Below, piece by piece: positions 1 through 12,134 of a stretch of DNA of 64,000 nt. Below the pieces are notes generated by a model. It made no database searches and was not told where the DNA came from. It was given only the letters and a program-made list of their open reading frames with translations. Made by a program: the position numbers and the translations under genes. Source of the stretch: Cyanophora paradoxa CCMP329 (Eukaryota; Plantae; Glaucophyta); the NCBI GenBank assembly GCA_004431415.1, contig QPMI01000648.1, positions 1 to 64,000 on the forward strand, in the 5' to 3' direction. How positions within the stretch are numbered: position 1 is the first letter of the stretch; every line of letters starts with the position of its first letter.

Positions 1-3000
1 CCCCACAGACCTCTCTAGATCCATTTTTAGCGTCGTGGCTCCCTAAGACGACCGCTCGCCCGTGGGCGTCGCGCGAAAATCGAATTTCCCTCTGGATCAA
101 TTCCGGTACTTAACCTCCGACAAATGCAGTCCGAGTCAGAAGGTGGGACCCGGTCCCGCCCGGTCCCGCGACGAAATCGCGCCAGGGACGCCCAGAACGA
201 TACAGAATGCCGCGCGAGGGCGAGCGCATCGCCGCAAGCTCGATTTCGGCGCCCTCGACACTCCAGTGCGAAGAGTCGGCCGAAAATTTGATTCCAGCCG
301 GTCCGGCCCGGTCCCGCGACGCGCGCGATCGATGCGTACTGGCGCGCATAGACATAGCAGGGCCTGCACACCCCGAAATCCGCTTTTCGGAGCCGGAATA
401 GCGCAGGAAGGTACCCGACGGCAAAAATTCGATCCTAGACAGGCCCGGAGATCTTTCCGCGCGCCCACGCCGCGGCGCATGCGCGCATCAATCGCATATG
501 CATTTGAGATGTAGAAGAAGACTTCCGCACGCTTTACGGATGTGCCGGGCCGCGAGGACCCAGCCGACCCCGAAAATTCGATCCTGGACGGACCTGCACA
601 TCTTTCCGCGCGCCTCGCATCCTCACGCAAGGACATCGCTACAGTATTCATTCGAGATCTTTTCAAGCTTTTCGCGAGCTCGGAGGACGCGAAAAGCACG
701 AGAACCAGCGACGGCAAAATCGATCCTGCACAGACCCGGGCATCTTTCCGCGCGCCCACGCCGCGGCGGATGCGCGGAACAATAGCATAAGCATCTAAGA
801 TGTAGATCAAGCGTTCCGCACGCTTTCAGATGTGCCGGGCCGCGAGAACCCAGCCGACCCCGAAGATTCGATCTGGACGGTCCTGCACAGCTTTCCGCGC
901 GCCCTCGCGTCCTCATGCATGGGCATCGCTATAATATTCATTTGAGAGCTTTTCAAAGCGTAATGCAAGAACCAAGGGCGCGACAGGGCGCGAGAATTCA
1001 GCCGACCCCGAAAATTCGTTCCTGCATGGACCTGCACGTCTTTCCGCGCGCCTCGAGCTCGCCTCCGCAGCCCTGCACATCGGTGCTATATGCGTTCCAG
1101 ATTCCGTTTAAGCGATTCGCAAGCTCTGTGCGTGCGCCTGGCCGCGAGAACCTTGCCCTCCCGGGCCTCCTTCCCAACAATATTATATTATTAATCTCCT
1201 CTCAATCTAGCTGCTCCACCCGGCCAAAAATGCTTTATTTCCTCGGTACATTAATATTCCTCTAGCCGGCCAGCGCTATAGCTAGCTGGACTGGCCGTAA
1301 GCCAGCCAGCTTCCAGCCAGATAGCTCTTCGCGATCGGCCAGGCCGCTGACCACTGTGGCCAGTGCCTATAGGCCTACTGTGCCAGCCGCGAGGGCGTCC
1401 GCGAGGCTTCGCCGTACTTAGTGCTCCGCAGGAGCACGGATCTTGTCAGGCGAAGCCTCTTTCTCAAAACCAAAAACCGCCGATGAGAATTCTTTTTTTA
1501 ACCTTTCAGGCGAAGCCTCTTTCAGGCGAAGCCTCTTTCTCAAACCCAAAAACCGACGATCTAAATTCCTTTTTTAACCTTTTTTTCCACTCAAGATCCC
1601 CCCTGCTTAATAATTTCCGTGTCGCACTCCCTCGAGGCAGAATTAATAATTCTGCCTCGACACGGACGCGATTGCTGCTAGTCACTCAGCCACACGAACC
1701 CCACAGACCTCTCTAGATCCATTTTTAGCGTCGTAGCTGCCCTAAGACGACCGCTCCCCGTAGGCATCCCGCGAAAATCGAATTTCCCTCTGGATCAATT
1801 CCGGTACTTAACCTCCGACAAATGCAGTCCGAGTCCGAAGGTGGGACCCGGTCCCGCCCGGTCCGCGACGAAATCGCGCCAGGGACGCCCCAGAACGATA
1901 CAGAATGACGCGCGAGGGCGAGCGCATCGCCGCAAGCTCGATTTCGGGCGCCGTCGACGCTCCAGTGCGAAGAGTCGGCCGAAAATTTGATCCGGCCGGT
2001 TCCGGCCGGTCCCGCGACGCGCGCAATCCATGCGTACTGGCGCGCATAGACATAGCAGCGCCTGCGCACCCCCGAAATCCGCTTTTCGGAGCCGGAAGAG
2101 CGCAGGAAGGTACCCGACGGCAAAAATTCGATCCTAGACAGGCCCGGAGATCTTTCCGCGCGCCCACGCCGCGGCGCATGCGCGGAACGATAGCATAAGC
2201 ATTTGAGATGTAGACAAAGCATTCCGCACGCTTTACAGATCAGGCGAAGCCTCTTTCTCAAACCCAAAAACCGACGATCTAAATTCCTTTTTTAACCTTT
2301 TTTTCCACTCAAGATCCCCCCTGCTTAATAATTTCCGTGTCGCACTCCCTCGAGGCAGAATTAATAATTCTGCCTCGACACGGACGCGATTGCTGCTAGT
2401 CACTCAGCCACACGAACCCCCACAGACCTCTCTAGATCCATTTTTAGCGTCGTAGCTGCCCTAAGACGACCGCTCCCCCGTAGGCATCCCGCGAAAATCG
2501 AATTTCCCTCTGGATCAATTCCGGTACTTAACCTCCGACAAATGCAGTCCGAGTCCGAAGGTGGGACCCGGTCCCGCCCGGTCCCGCGACGAAATCGCGC
2601 CAGGGACGCCCAGAACGATACAGAATGACGCGCGAGGGCGAGCGCATCGCCGCAAGCTCGATTTCGGGCGCCGTCGACGCTCCAGTGCGAAGAGTCGGCC
2701 GAAATTTGATCCGGCCGGTTCCGGCCGGTCCCGCGACGCGCGCAATCCATGCGTACTGGCGCGCATAGACATAGCAGCGCCTGCGCACCCCCGAAATCCG
2801 CTTTTCGGAGCCGGAAGAGCGCAGGAAGGTACCCGACGGCAAAAATTCGATCCTAGACAGGCCCGGAGATCTTTCCGCGCGCCCACGCCGCGGCGCATGC
2901 GCGGAACGATAGCATAAGCATTTGAGATGTAGACAAAGCATTCCGCACGCTTTACAGATGCGCCGGACCGCGGGACCAGCCGACCCGAAAATTCGATCCT

Positions 3001-6000
3001 TCACGGACCTGCACATCTTTCCGCGCGCCTCGCATCCTCACGCGAGCGCATCGCTACAGTATTCAGTTGAGATCTTTTTAAAGCTTTTCGCAAGCTCTGC
3101 GGGCGCGACAGGGCACGAGAACCCAGCCGACGCAAAAATTCGATCCTGAACGGGCCTGCACATCTTTCGCGCGCCCACGCCGCGGCGCATGCTCAGAGCT
3201 TTCCGCGCGCCCTCGCATCGTCACGCGAGCGCATCGCTACAATATGCATTTGAGATCGTTTTAAAGCTTTCCGCGAGCTCTGCGGGCGCGACAGCGCACG
3301 ACAACCCAGCCGACGCCAAAAATTCGATCCTGGCCACGCCTGCACATCTTTCCGCGCGCCCTCGCCTCCGCAGCCCCGCACATCGATGCTATATGCATTC
3401 GCTGGCCAGTCGCTGAGTGCCCTATAGGCCTACTGTGACAGCCGCGAGGGCGTCCGCGAGGCTTCGCCGTACTTAGTGCTCCGCAGGAGCACGGATCTTG
3501 TCTCAAAACCAAAAACGAACGGGTCCAAATTCCTTTTTTAACCTTTTTTTCCACTCGAGATCCCCCCTGCTAAATAATTTCCGCGTCGCACTCCCTCGAG
3601 GCAGAATTATTAATTCTGCCTCGACACGGACGCGATTGCTGCTAATAACACTGCTACCCCAACCCCCACAGACCTCTCTAAATCCATTTTTAGCGTCCTG
3701 GCTCCCCTAAGACGACCGCTCGCCCGTGGGCGTCGCGCGAAAATCGAATTTCCGTCTGGATCAATTCCGGTACTTAACCTCCGACAAATGCAGTCCAGGT
3801 CAGAAGGTGGGACCCGGTCCCGCCCGGTCCCGCGACGAAAACGCGCCAGGGACGCCCCAGAACGATACAGAATGACGCACGAGCGCAAGCGCATTGCCGC
3901 AAGCTCGATTTCGGGCGCCGTCGACGCCCCAGTGCGAAGAGTCAGCCGAAAATTTGATCCAGCCGGTCCCGGCCGGTCCCGCGACGCGCGCAATCCATGC
4001 GTACTGGCGCGAATAGACATAGCAGGGCCTGCGCACCCCCGAAATCCGCTTTTCGGAGCCGCAACAGCGCAGGAAGGTACCGGACATCAAAAATTCGATC
4101 CTGCACAGGCCCGGACATCTTTCCGCGCGCCCACGCCGCGGTGCATGCGCGGAACAATAGCATAAGCATTTGAGATGTAGAAGAAGCCTTCCGCACGCTT
4201 TACAGATGCGCGGGGCCGCGGGGACCCAGCCCATCCCGAAAATTCGATCCTCTACAGACCTGCACATCTTTCCGCGCGCCCTCGCATCCTCGCGCATGCG
4301 CATCGCTACAATATTCATTTGAGATTTTATCAAAGCCTTCGACAAGCTTCGAACACGCCGAAGACCACGAGAACCCAGCCGACGGCAAAAATTCGATCCT
4401 GCACGGACCCGGACATCTTTCTGCGCGCCCACGCCGCGGCACATGCGCGGGACAATAGCATATGCATGTGAGATGTAGACAAAGCCTTCCGCATGCTTTA
4501 CAGATGCGCCGGGCCGCGAGAACCCAGCCAACCCCGAAAGTTCGATCTTGCACGGACCTGCACAGCTTTCCGCACGCCCTCGCATGCTCACGCATGGGCA
4601 TCGCTACAGTATTCATTTGAGCTCTTTGTAAAGCTTTGCGCGAGCTCTGCGGACGCGACAGGGCGCGGCAATCCAGCCGACGCAAAAATTCGATCCTGGC
4701 CACGCCTGCACATCTTTCCGCGCGCCCTCGCCTCCGCAGACCTGCACATCGATGCTATATGCGTTCGAGATTCTTTTTAAGCGATTCGCAAGCTCTGTGC
4801 ATGCGCCTGGCCGCGAGAACCTCGCCCCTCCCGGGCCTCCTTCCCAACAATATTATATAATTAATCTCCTCTCAATCTAGATCGATCTGCTCCACCCTTT
4901 AATTATTTCCTCGCTCAGTACATCATGGCATTAATATTCCTCTAGCCGACCAGCGCTAGCTGGACTGGCCGTCAGCCAGCCAGCTTCTAGCCAGAAAGCT
5001 GTTCGCGATCGGCCAGGCCGCTGGCCATACTGGCCAGTGCCCAGGTGTGCCCTATAGGCCTACTGTGACAGCCGCGAGGGCGTCCGCGAGGCTTCGCCGT
5101 ACTTAGTGCTCCGCAGGAGCACGGATCTTGTTTTTCCACTCGAGATCCCCCCTACTAAATAATTCCCGCGTCGCACTCCCTCGAGGACGAATTATTAATT
5201 CTGCCTCGACACGGACGCGATTGCTGCTGGTAACACAGCTCCCCGAACCCCACAGACCTCTCTAAATCCATTTTTAGCGTCCTGGCTCCCTAAGACGACC
5301 GCTCGCCGTGGGCGTCGCGCGAAAATCGAATTTCCCTCTGGATCAATTCCGGTACTTAACCTCCGACAAATGCAGTCCGAGTCAGAAGGTGGGACCCGGT
5401 CCCGCCCGGTCCCGCGACGAAATCGCGCCAGGGACGCCCCAGAACGATACAGAATGCCGCGCGAGGGCGAGCGCATCGCCGCAAGCTCGATTTCGGGCGC
5501 CCTCGACACTCCAGTGCGAAGAGTCGGCCGAAAATTTGATCCAGCCGGTCCGGCCCGGTCCCGCGAAGCGCACAAACGATGCGTACTGGCGCGCATAGAC
5601 ATAGCAGGGCCTGCGCACTCCCGAAATCCGCTTTTCGGAGACCGAACAGTGCAGCAAGGTACCGGACATCAAAAATTCGATCCTGCACAGCCCCGGACAT
5701 CTTTCCGCGCGCCCACGCCGCGGCGCATGCGCGGAACAATAGCATAAGCATTTGAGATGTAGACAAAGCATTCCGCACGGTTTACGGATGCGCCGGGCCG
5801 CAAGGACCCAGCCGACCCCGAAAATTCGATCCTTCACGGACCTGCACGTCTTTCCGCGCGCCCTCGCATCCTCACGCAAGCACATCGCTACTATATTCAT
5901 TTGGGATTTTATCAAAGCCTTCCACAAGCTTCGAAGACGCGAAAGAGCACGAGAACCCAGCCGGCAGCAAAAATTCGATCCTGCACGGGCCCGGACATCT

Positions 6001-8979
6001 TTCCGCGCGCCCACGCCGCGGTGCATGCGCGGAACAATAGCATAAGCATTTGAGATGTAGAAGAAGCCTTCCGCACGCTTTACGGATGCGCCGGGCCGCG
6101 GGGACCCACCCGACCCCGAAAATTCGATCCTGGACAGACCTGCACATCTTTCCGCGCGCCCTCGCATCCTCACGCACGGGCATCGCTACAATATTCATCA
6201 GAGATGTTTTAAAAGCCTTTCGCAAGCTCTGCGGACGCAACAGGGCGCGGCAATCCAGCCGACGCAAAAATTCGATCCTGGCCACGCCTGCACATCTTTC
6301 CGCGCGCCCTCGCCTCCGCAGCCCTACACATCGTTGCTATATGCATTCGAATTCGAGATTCTGTTTAAGCGATTCGCGAGATCTGTGCATGCGCCTGGCC
6401 GCGAGAACCTCGCCCCTCCCGGGCCTCCTTCCCAACAATATTATATAATTAATCTCCTCTCAATCTGCTCCACCCTTTATTTCCTCAGTACATTAATATT
6501 CCTCTAGCCGGCCAGCGCTAGCTGGACTGGCCGTCAGCCAGCCAGCTTCCAGCCAGAAAGCTGTTCGCGATCGGCCAGGCCGCTGGCCAGCCTGGCAGTC
6601 GGTGAGTGCCCTGTAGGCCTACTGTGACAGCCGCGAGGGCGTCCGCGAGGCTTCGCCGTACTTAGTGCTCCGCAGGAGCACGGATCTTGTCTCAAAACCA
6701 AAAACCGCCGATATAAATTCCTTTTTTAACCTTTTTTTCCACTCGAGATCCCCCCTACTAAATAATTTCCGCGTCGCACTCCCTCGAGGACGAATTATTA
6801 ATTCTGCCTCGACACGGACGCGATTGCTGCTGGTAACACAGCTCCCCGAACCCCCACAGACCTCTCTAGATCCATTTTTAGCGTCGTGGCTCCCCTAAGA
6901 CGACCGCTCTCCCGTAGGCGTCCCGCGAAAATCGAATTTCCCTCTGGATCAATTCCGGTACTTAACCTCCGACAAATGCAGTCCGAGTCAGAAGGTGGGA
7001 CCCGGTCCCGCCCGGTCCCGCGACGAAATCGCGCCAGGGACGCCCCAGAACGATACAGAATGCCGCGCGAGGGCGAGCGCATCGCCGCAAGCTCGATTTC
7101 GGGCGCCCTCGACACTCCAGTGCGAAGAGTCGGCCGAAAATTTGATCCAGCCGGTCCGGCCCGGTCCCGCGACGCGCGCGATCGATGCGTACTGGCGCGC
7201 ATAGACATAGCAGGGCCTGCGCACCCCCGAAATCCGCTTTTCGGAGCCGGAATAGCGCAGGAAGGTACCCGACGGCAAAAATTCGATCCTAGACAGGCCC
7301 GGAGATCTTTCCGCGCGCCCACGCCGCGGCGCATGCGCGCATCAATCGCATATGCATTTGAGATGTAGAAGAAGACTTCCGCACGGTCTCTAAATGCGCC
7401 GGGCCGCGAGGACCCAGCCGACCCCGAAAATTCGATCCTGGACAGATGTGCGCATCTTTCCGCGCGCCCTCGCATCGTCACGCGAGCGCATCGCTACAAT
7501 ATGCATTTGAGATCGTTTTAAAGCTTTCCGCGAGCTCTGCGGGCGCGACAGCGCACGACAACCCAGCCGACGCCAAAATTCGATCCTGGCCACGCCTGCA
7601 CATCTTTCCCCGCGCGCTCGCCTCCGCAGCCCCGCACATCGATGCTATATGCATTCGAGATTCTGTTTAAGCGATTCGCAAGCTCTGTGCATGCGCCTGG
7701 CCGCGAGAACCTCGCCCCTCCCGGGCCTCCTTCCCAACAATATTATAAAAATAAACTCCTCAAAATTCGATCCTGGACGGACCTGCACAGCTTTCCGCGC
7801 GCCCTCGCATCCTCACACGAGCGCATCGCTACAATATTCAGATGAGATTAAAGCTTTTCGCAAGCTCTGCGGGCGCGACAAGGCACGAGAACCCAGCCAA
7901 CGCAAAAATTCGATCCTGAACGGGCCTGCACAGCTTTCCGCGCGCCCTCGCCTCCGCAGCCCTGCACATTGATACTATATGCATTCGACGTTCTGTTTAA
8001 GCGATTCGCAAGCTCTGCGCATGCGCCTGGCTGCGAGAACCTCGCCCCTCCCGGGCCTCCCCCCCAACAATATATTAATAATACTAAATTAATCCGGTTC
8101 GACTCCTCCCCTAGCGTTACCGGTTCAACTCCTCCCCTAGTTAATTATATATTCCCTCTCCTCATCATGGCATTACATTGCTCCCTGGCCAGCGAGCTCT
8201 CCATCGAGCTGGCTATCGCGGGCCAGCCCATTGCCGCAGTACCACGGTGCCAAGCCGGCGAAACCCGGCCATGCAGCTGGGCGCGCGCCGGCGCCGGCGG
8301 GGCTGCACCTGGCCGCCTACTGTGACAACCGCGCGGGCGTCCGCGAGGCTTCACCGTACTTAGTGCTCCGCAGGAGCACGGAATATTGTAGCGATGCGCT
8401 CGTGTGAGGATGCGAGGGCGCGCGGAAAGCTGTGCAGGTCCGTCCAGGATCGAATTTTGAGGAGTTTATTTTTATAATATTGTTGGGAAGGAGGCCCGGG
8501 AGGGGCGAGGTTCTCGCGGCCAGGCGCATGCACAGAGCTTGCGAATCGCTTAAACAGAATCTCGAATGCATATAGCATCGATGTGCGGGGCTGCGGAGAA
8601 CCTCGCCCCTCCCGGGCCTCCCCCCCAACAATATATTAATATTAAATTAATCTCCTCTCAATCTGCTCCACCAGATAAAAGCAAGCGTTACCGGTCCAAC
8701 TCCTCCCCTAATTAATTATATATTCTGTCTCCTCATTACATTGCTCTCTGGCCAGCCAGCTCTGCCTCGAGCTAGGTATAGCCTATTATAGCGGGCCAGC
8801 CCATGGCCAAGCCGGCGAAACCCGGCCATGAATATGCCGCAGTGCATGCACCTGGGCGGGGCTGGAGCTGGCCGCCTACTCTCCGGGCGCTCAACAGTGC
8901 CGGCCCCTCTGCTGTGACAGACGTGAGGGCGTCCGCGAGGCTTCGCCGTACTTAGTGCTCCGCAGGAGCACGGATCTTG
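1..8979 (+). mobile_element. Array of ~1.5-2 kb non-autonomous Helitron2/Helentron-like elements (tandem and nested copies)
   Basis: 5' end TCAGGCGAAGCCTC (1446, 1506, 1522, 2240). An 11-bp asymmetric inverted repeat GAGGCTTCGCC lies ~35 nt from the 3' end, followed by hairpin GTGCTCC-GCA-GGAGCAC and GGATCTTG|T (ends at 1445, 3500, 5130, 6689, 8979). Insertions fall in T-runs with no TSD, and no Rep/helicase coding is visible. Confidence 0.8.
420..8000 (+). repeat. ~147-150-bp internal tandem subrepeat of the element (two alternating variants)
   Basis: Motif AAAATTCGATCCTG...CATCTTTCCGCGCGCCC recurs at ~4090/4239/4388/4538/4685 and ~5671/5821/5970/6119/6267. Confidence 0.9.
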
Positions 8980-8980
8980 T

Positions 8981-9305
8981 TGATTTAATCGGAAAAGAAC
9001 ATGATTTAATCGAATTTATTGATATAATTCCGATTAAATTCATTAAGGATTCACTTAAGATCAATCGAAGTTATTGATATAATTCCGATTAACTACAATT
9101 AAGATACAATATCGATTAATCGAGTTTATCGATATAATATCGATTAAATTAATTGAAAATGCATATAAAAATATGAAAATTCATGTGAAAATTCAAATAA
9201 ATTAATCGATTTTATTGATATAACATCGAATCACACATATGAATATTCATATTTTAATCCTGAGGCGGAACGCCGAGGGATTAAAATATGAATATTCATA
9301 TGTGT
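8981..9305. repeat. AT-rich imperfect palindromic repeats plus a 28-bp-stem hairpin
   Basis: TTAATCG..TTATTGATATAA..CGATTAA-like units at 9006, 9061, 9116 and 9202. Perfect inverted repeat 9233-9260 / 9278-9305. Confidence 0.85.
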
Positions 9306-9550
9306 CACGCGCAGCCCGTGGGCCGGAGTGGCCCGTACCGCGTAGCTTTTCCTCGCGATCCAGCTTCTGCTCGCAGCCGCACCGCTGCGCCGACCTCGTT
9401 GGCGCCCCGGCGGCTGTCCCTTTGCGCCGGGCGGTCCGCACCCTCGAGTGTCGCCTCGGCCCAGCGCTTGGCCGCCTCCGCCGGTCTTGCGAGCTGACTA
9501 GCTCTTGCGAGCGCATCAGCGCTGGGCCGGGGTCGATCTACATCTGCCCC

Positions 9551-9637
9551 GTGCATGTCCGTGCCACTACTACTCTTTCATTAGATCCCGATTCCCCCCT
9601 TGCACCCCCGGCGCGCCAAACGTGGCCGGGCCCCTAG
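9551..9637 (+). mobile_element. Canonical Helitron-like 3' terminus (GC hairpin + CTAG|T), family 2
   Basis: CCCGGCGCG..CGTGGCCGGG hairpin followed by CTAG at 9634-9637. Homologous to 38905-38998, and the homology ends just after CTAG. The 5' boundary was not determined. Confidence 0.6.
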
Positions 9638-9688
9638 TATATATATACAGCTGCAGAATCAGTGCAGATAGGTATTAATATCCCTTGT

Positions 9689-10193
9689 TCCTCAGATTAG
9701 TCTTCAGCCGTCCATTGTTTTACCAACTATACAACCTCGATTCCGTTTAGACACTCCGCCAGCTTCGATTCTCCCCTCTAATGGTGTCCTACGTTTCGCC
9801 TCTCCTACTGTTCTGCCACCTCTCGCTCTGCCTCCTGCGACTACGTCTCCTAGTTCTGCTGTTAGCTCTGTCTTGTCGTCTTCGTCTAGATCTTCGTCTT
9901 CGACTGTAGTTCCTCGTGCTCGTTCTTCTTATTCGCTGCGTCCCCGTGCTCCTCGTCGTTCTAGTGTGACTAGTACTTCTGCGTCGACGTCCCTGAGCCT
10001 CGGAGCTCTTCTACTCCTTCTCCTCGTGCTCGTTCTCCTTATCTTTTGCGTTCTTCTGATCGTGTCCCTTCTCGTGATCCCTCTTGATTCTGTATTTTGT
10101 GCTAGTTTTCTGTATCTTTGATTTGTGATTGCTTTGTTGTCCCTAATATCACTACCTACGGGGGGTTCGCCCCACCGTAGTCTCTCAAAAAAA
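9689..10193 (+). mobile_element. Poly(A)-tailed non-LTR retroposon (SINE or truncated LINE), family R1
   Basis: 15-bp TSD ATTAATATCCCTTGT at 9674-9688 and 10194-10208, 3' stem-loop and A tail. Second copy at 48915-50087. Confidence 0.85.
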
Positions 10194-10544
10194 ATTAATA
10201 TCCCTTGTAATTTTGGTCGTTTTCAATTTTCGCCTCTTGATGCTTTCTCACGTGCACGTATACTTTAGATCTTGTCCGGGCCTATTATATTTACGTACAC
10301 GTATCGATATCTTGTTGCAGTAGAGATTAGTACTCTGTACCAAGTACATCCTAGTACTAGTACTTGGTACCTCTGAGCTTCGAATTCATTTTGCAGTTAC
10401 AAAGCGTAATTGATAAGTATTATATGCATATATCGTGAGCCGTGGTTTTTTATAGTATGAGCCGTGACCCCTTCTGGGGTACTCCTGTACTCAGTCCTGT
10501 ATCCAGACTCACTACGTAGTGAGTCTGGGATACCGTACCATGGC

Positions 10545-11800
10545 CAGGAGGAGCCGGCACTCGATTGCGACGTCCGAGGAGCCGGACCAGGACTCCAGGA
10601 GTCGAGGTATTTTATGTTGCAATTGGCCTCCTCGACTGCGGGGGTACGGCATCGCGATCGAACCAGGCAGGGGAAGCAGGGGGCAGGGGATGATGCGCAT
10701 GCGCGGGGCGGGGGTACAGCCCCGCACTTGCGGGCGTCGGGGCCGGCGTTGGGGGCGTCGCCGACGGCGCGGAGGGAGTTCAAGAACGTGGTAGCCCCGT
10801 TTGGCGAGCCCGTGAAGTCTGGCGAGAGGGCCTCGGCCTGCTGATCGCCAGCGCGGGGGGCGGGCGCACACTGCGTGTGTGCGAGGGTACAGGGCGCGTT
10901 CGCTGGCTTTAAATTTGAGAGGTTCTTTCACCTGGGGAGCAAACGTTGTCAGGAGGGAGGGCTGGGCCGCGGGCCCGGAACCCAGGGGCGGGCCGGGGCG
11001 CACCATGGTGCACCGGTCGCTGCCCCGGGCCCGGTGTACATGATCTGCGTGCCCCGTTGCAGGAGCGGTCTCAGGGAAACCGAGAGAAGACCTCTATCGA
11101 GAGGCCTAGGAGGGGATACGGGTACCGCGGTCGCGTCAGCGAAGGTCATCCCGGCATACGCCTTTCCGATCTGGAGGAGGAAGACCTCGTAGGAGTACCC
11201 GTGGTCTGCGCCCGGGGGGTACCCGGCCCTTGGAGATCTCGGAGCTGCGCTTATCTTCGCTTTGCAGCGTCAGCTGCGCCTCGGGCGCGGGGGGGCGGCG
11301 GCGGCGGCGCCTCCGCACCCGCGGGCGACGAGGTTGCGGTGGGCCGCATCCGCCTCCTCCCCGTCGTGCAGCAGCCGCGCCCGCAGCTCCGCCGCGGTCA
11401 ACCCCGCCGTCGGCTCCCGCGACGCGCCCAGCGTCATCTGCGCCGGCCGTCAGCTGAGCATAGCGCAGCCGAGCATCGCTGCGGCGGGGACGGGGGCGGG
11501 GCGCGCCTCGCGGGCGTTGCGGACGAGCTCGAGGGAGAGAACCGCCCGCTCCGCCGCTGGAGGCGGCGGGCCGATCGAACCAGACCGGGGGCGGGAGGAG
11601 CGGAGAGAGGGCGTACCCTCCTGGATCTCCTCGACGTGGGGTACGAAGACGTTCGTGATGACGAGGCCCACGACCAGGATCCCCACGAAGCACACCCTGT
11701 ACCCCGGAGCGCGATCCTCAGGGCCACGGGGGGGAGGGGGGGGGGATTCGAAAAGGGGCGAGGGAGGTACGACACCCGACGAGGGCGCAGAAGACGATCG
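10545..11800 (-). pseudogene. Chimeric mosaic of K+ channel gene fragments fused to a fragment of the PAS/TmcB-like gene
   Basis: 10545-11222 matches pieces of 12807-12908, 13350-13565, 13769-13845 and 14836-14995 in order. 11275-11800 is the reverse complement of ~63460-63970. Introns are retained and the copy has many indels. Confidence 0.8.
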
Positions 11801-12134
11801 CGGGTCGCCTAGGCCTTAATTGCAGCCTTGGTTTTGCGATCGCCGCGGCGCTACATGCTTATACCGTGACGACGAGGTCGACGTGGGCGGGTCGGAGCCT
11901 CGGAGCTCGAGGGGCTAACAGGATGCTGCCGTCACGGGCCGTGCGGGGGATACGCTGTGTCACGGCTCGATCTGTGTCCGCGCGAGTCTTCTGAAAAACA
12001 AATGATGTCCTAGCTAGTGATCATGAATGGCGAGAGACACGACGACGTTTTGCGCGCAGATAGTATTGAATTGCTGAAAAGAACCGCTATCGCTACTGCT
12101 GCCCGTATCTCGAAACGAACGCAAGACCCCAGCG

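Noticed and set aside
1-8979. Many repeated ORFs of 100-260 aa in the array
   Set aside because: They are translations of the GC-rich repeat unit. Frames differ between copies and no Rep, helicase or transposase motifs are present.
9006-9233. CRISPR-like regularly spaced ~32-bp palindromic repeats
   Set aside because: The repeats are degenerate, the spacers are AT-rich and resemble each other, there are no cas genes, and the context is eukaryotic.
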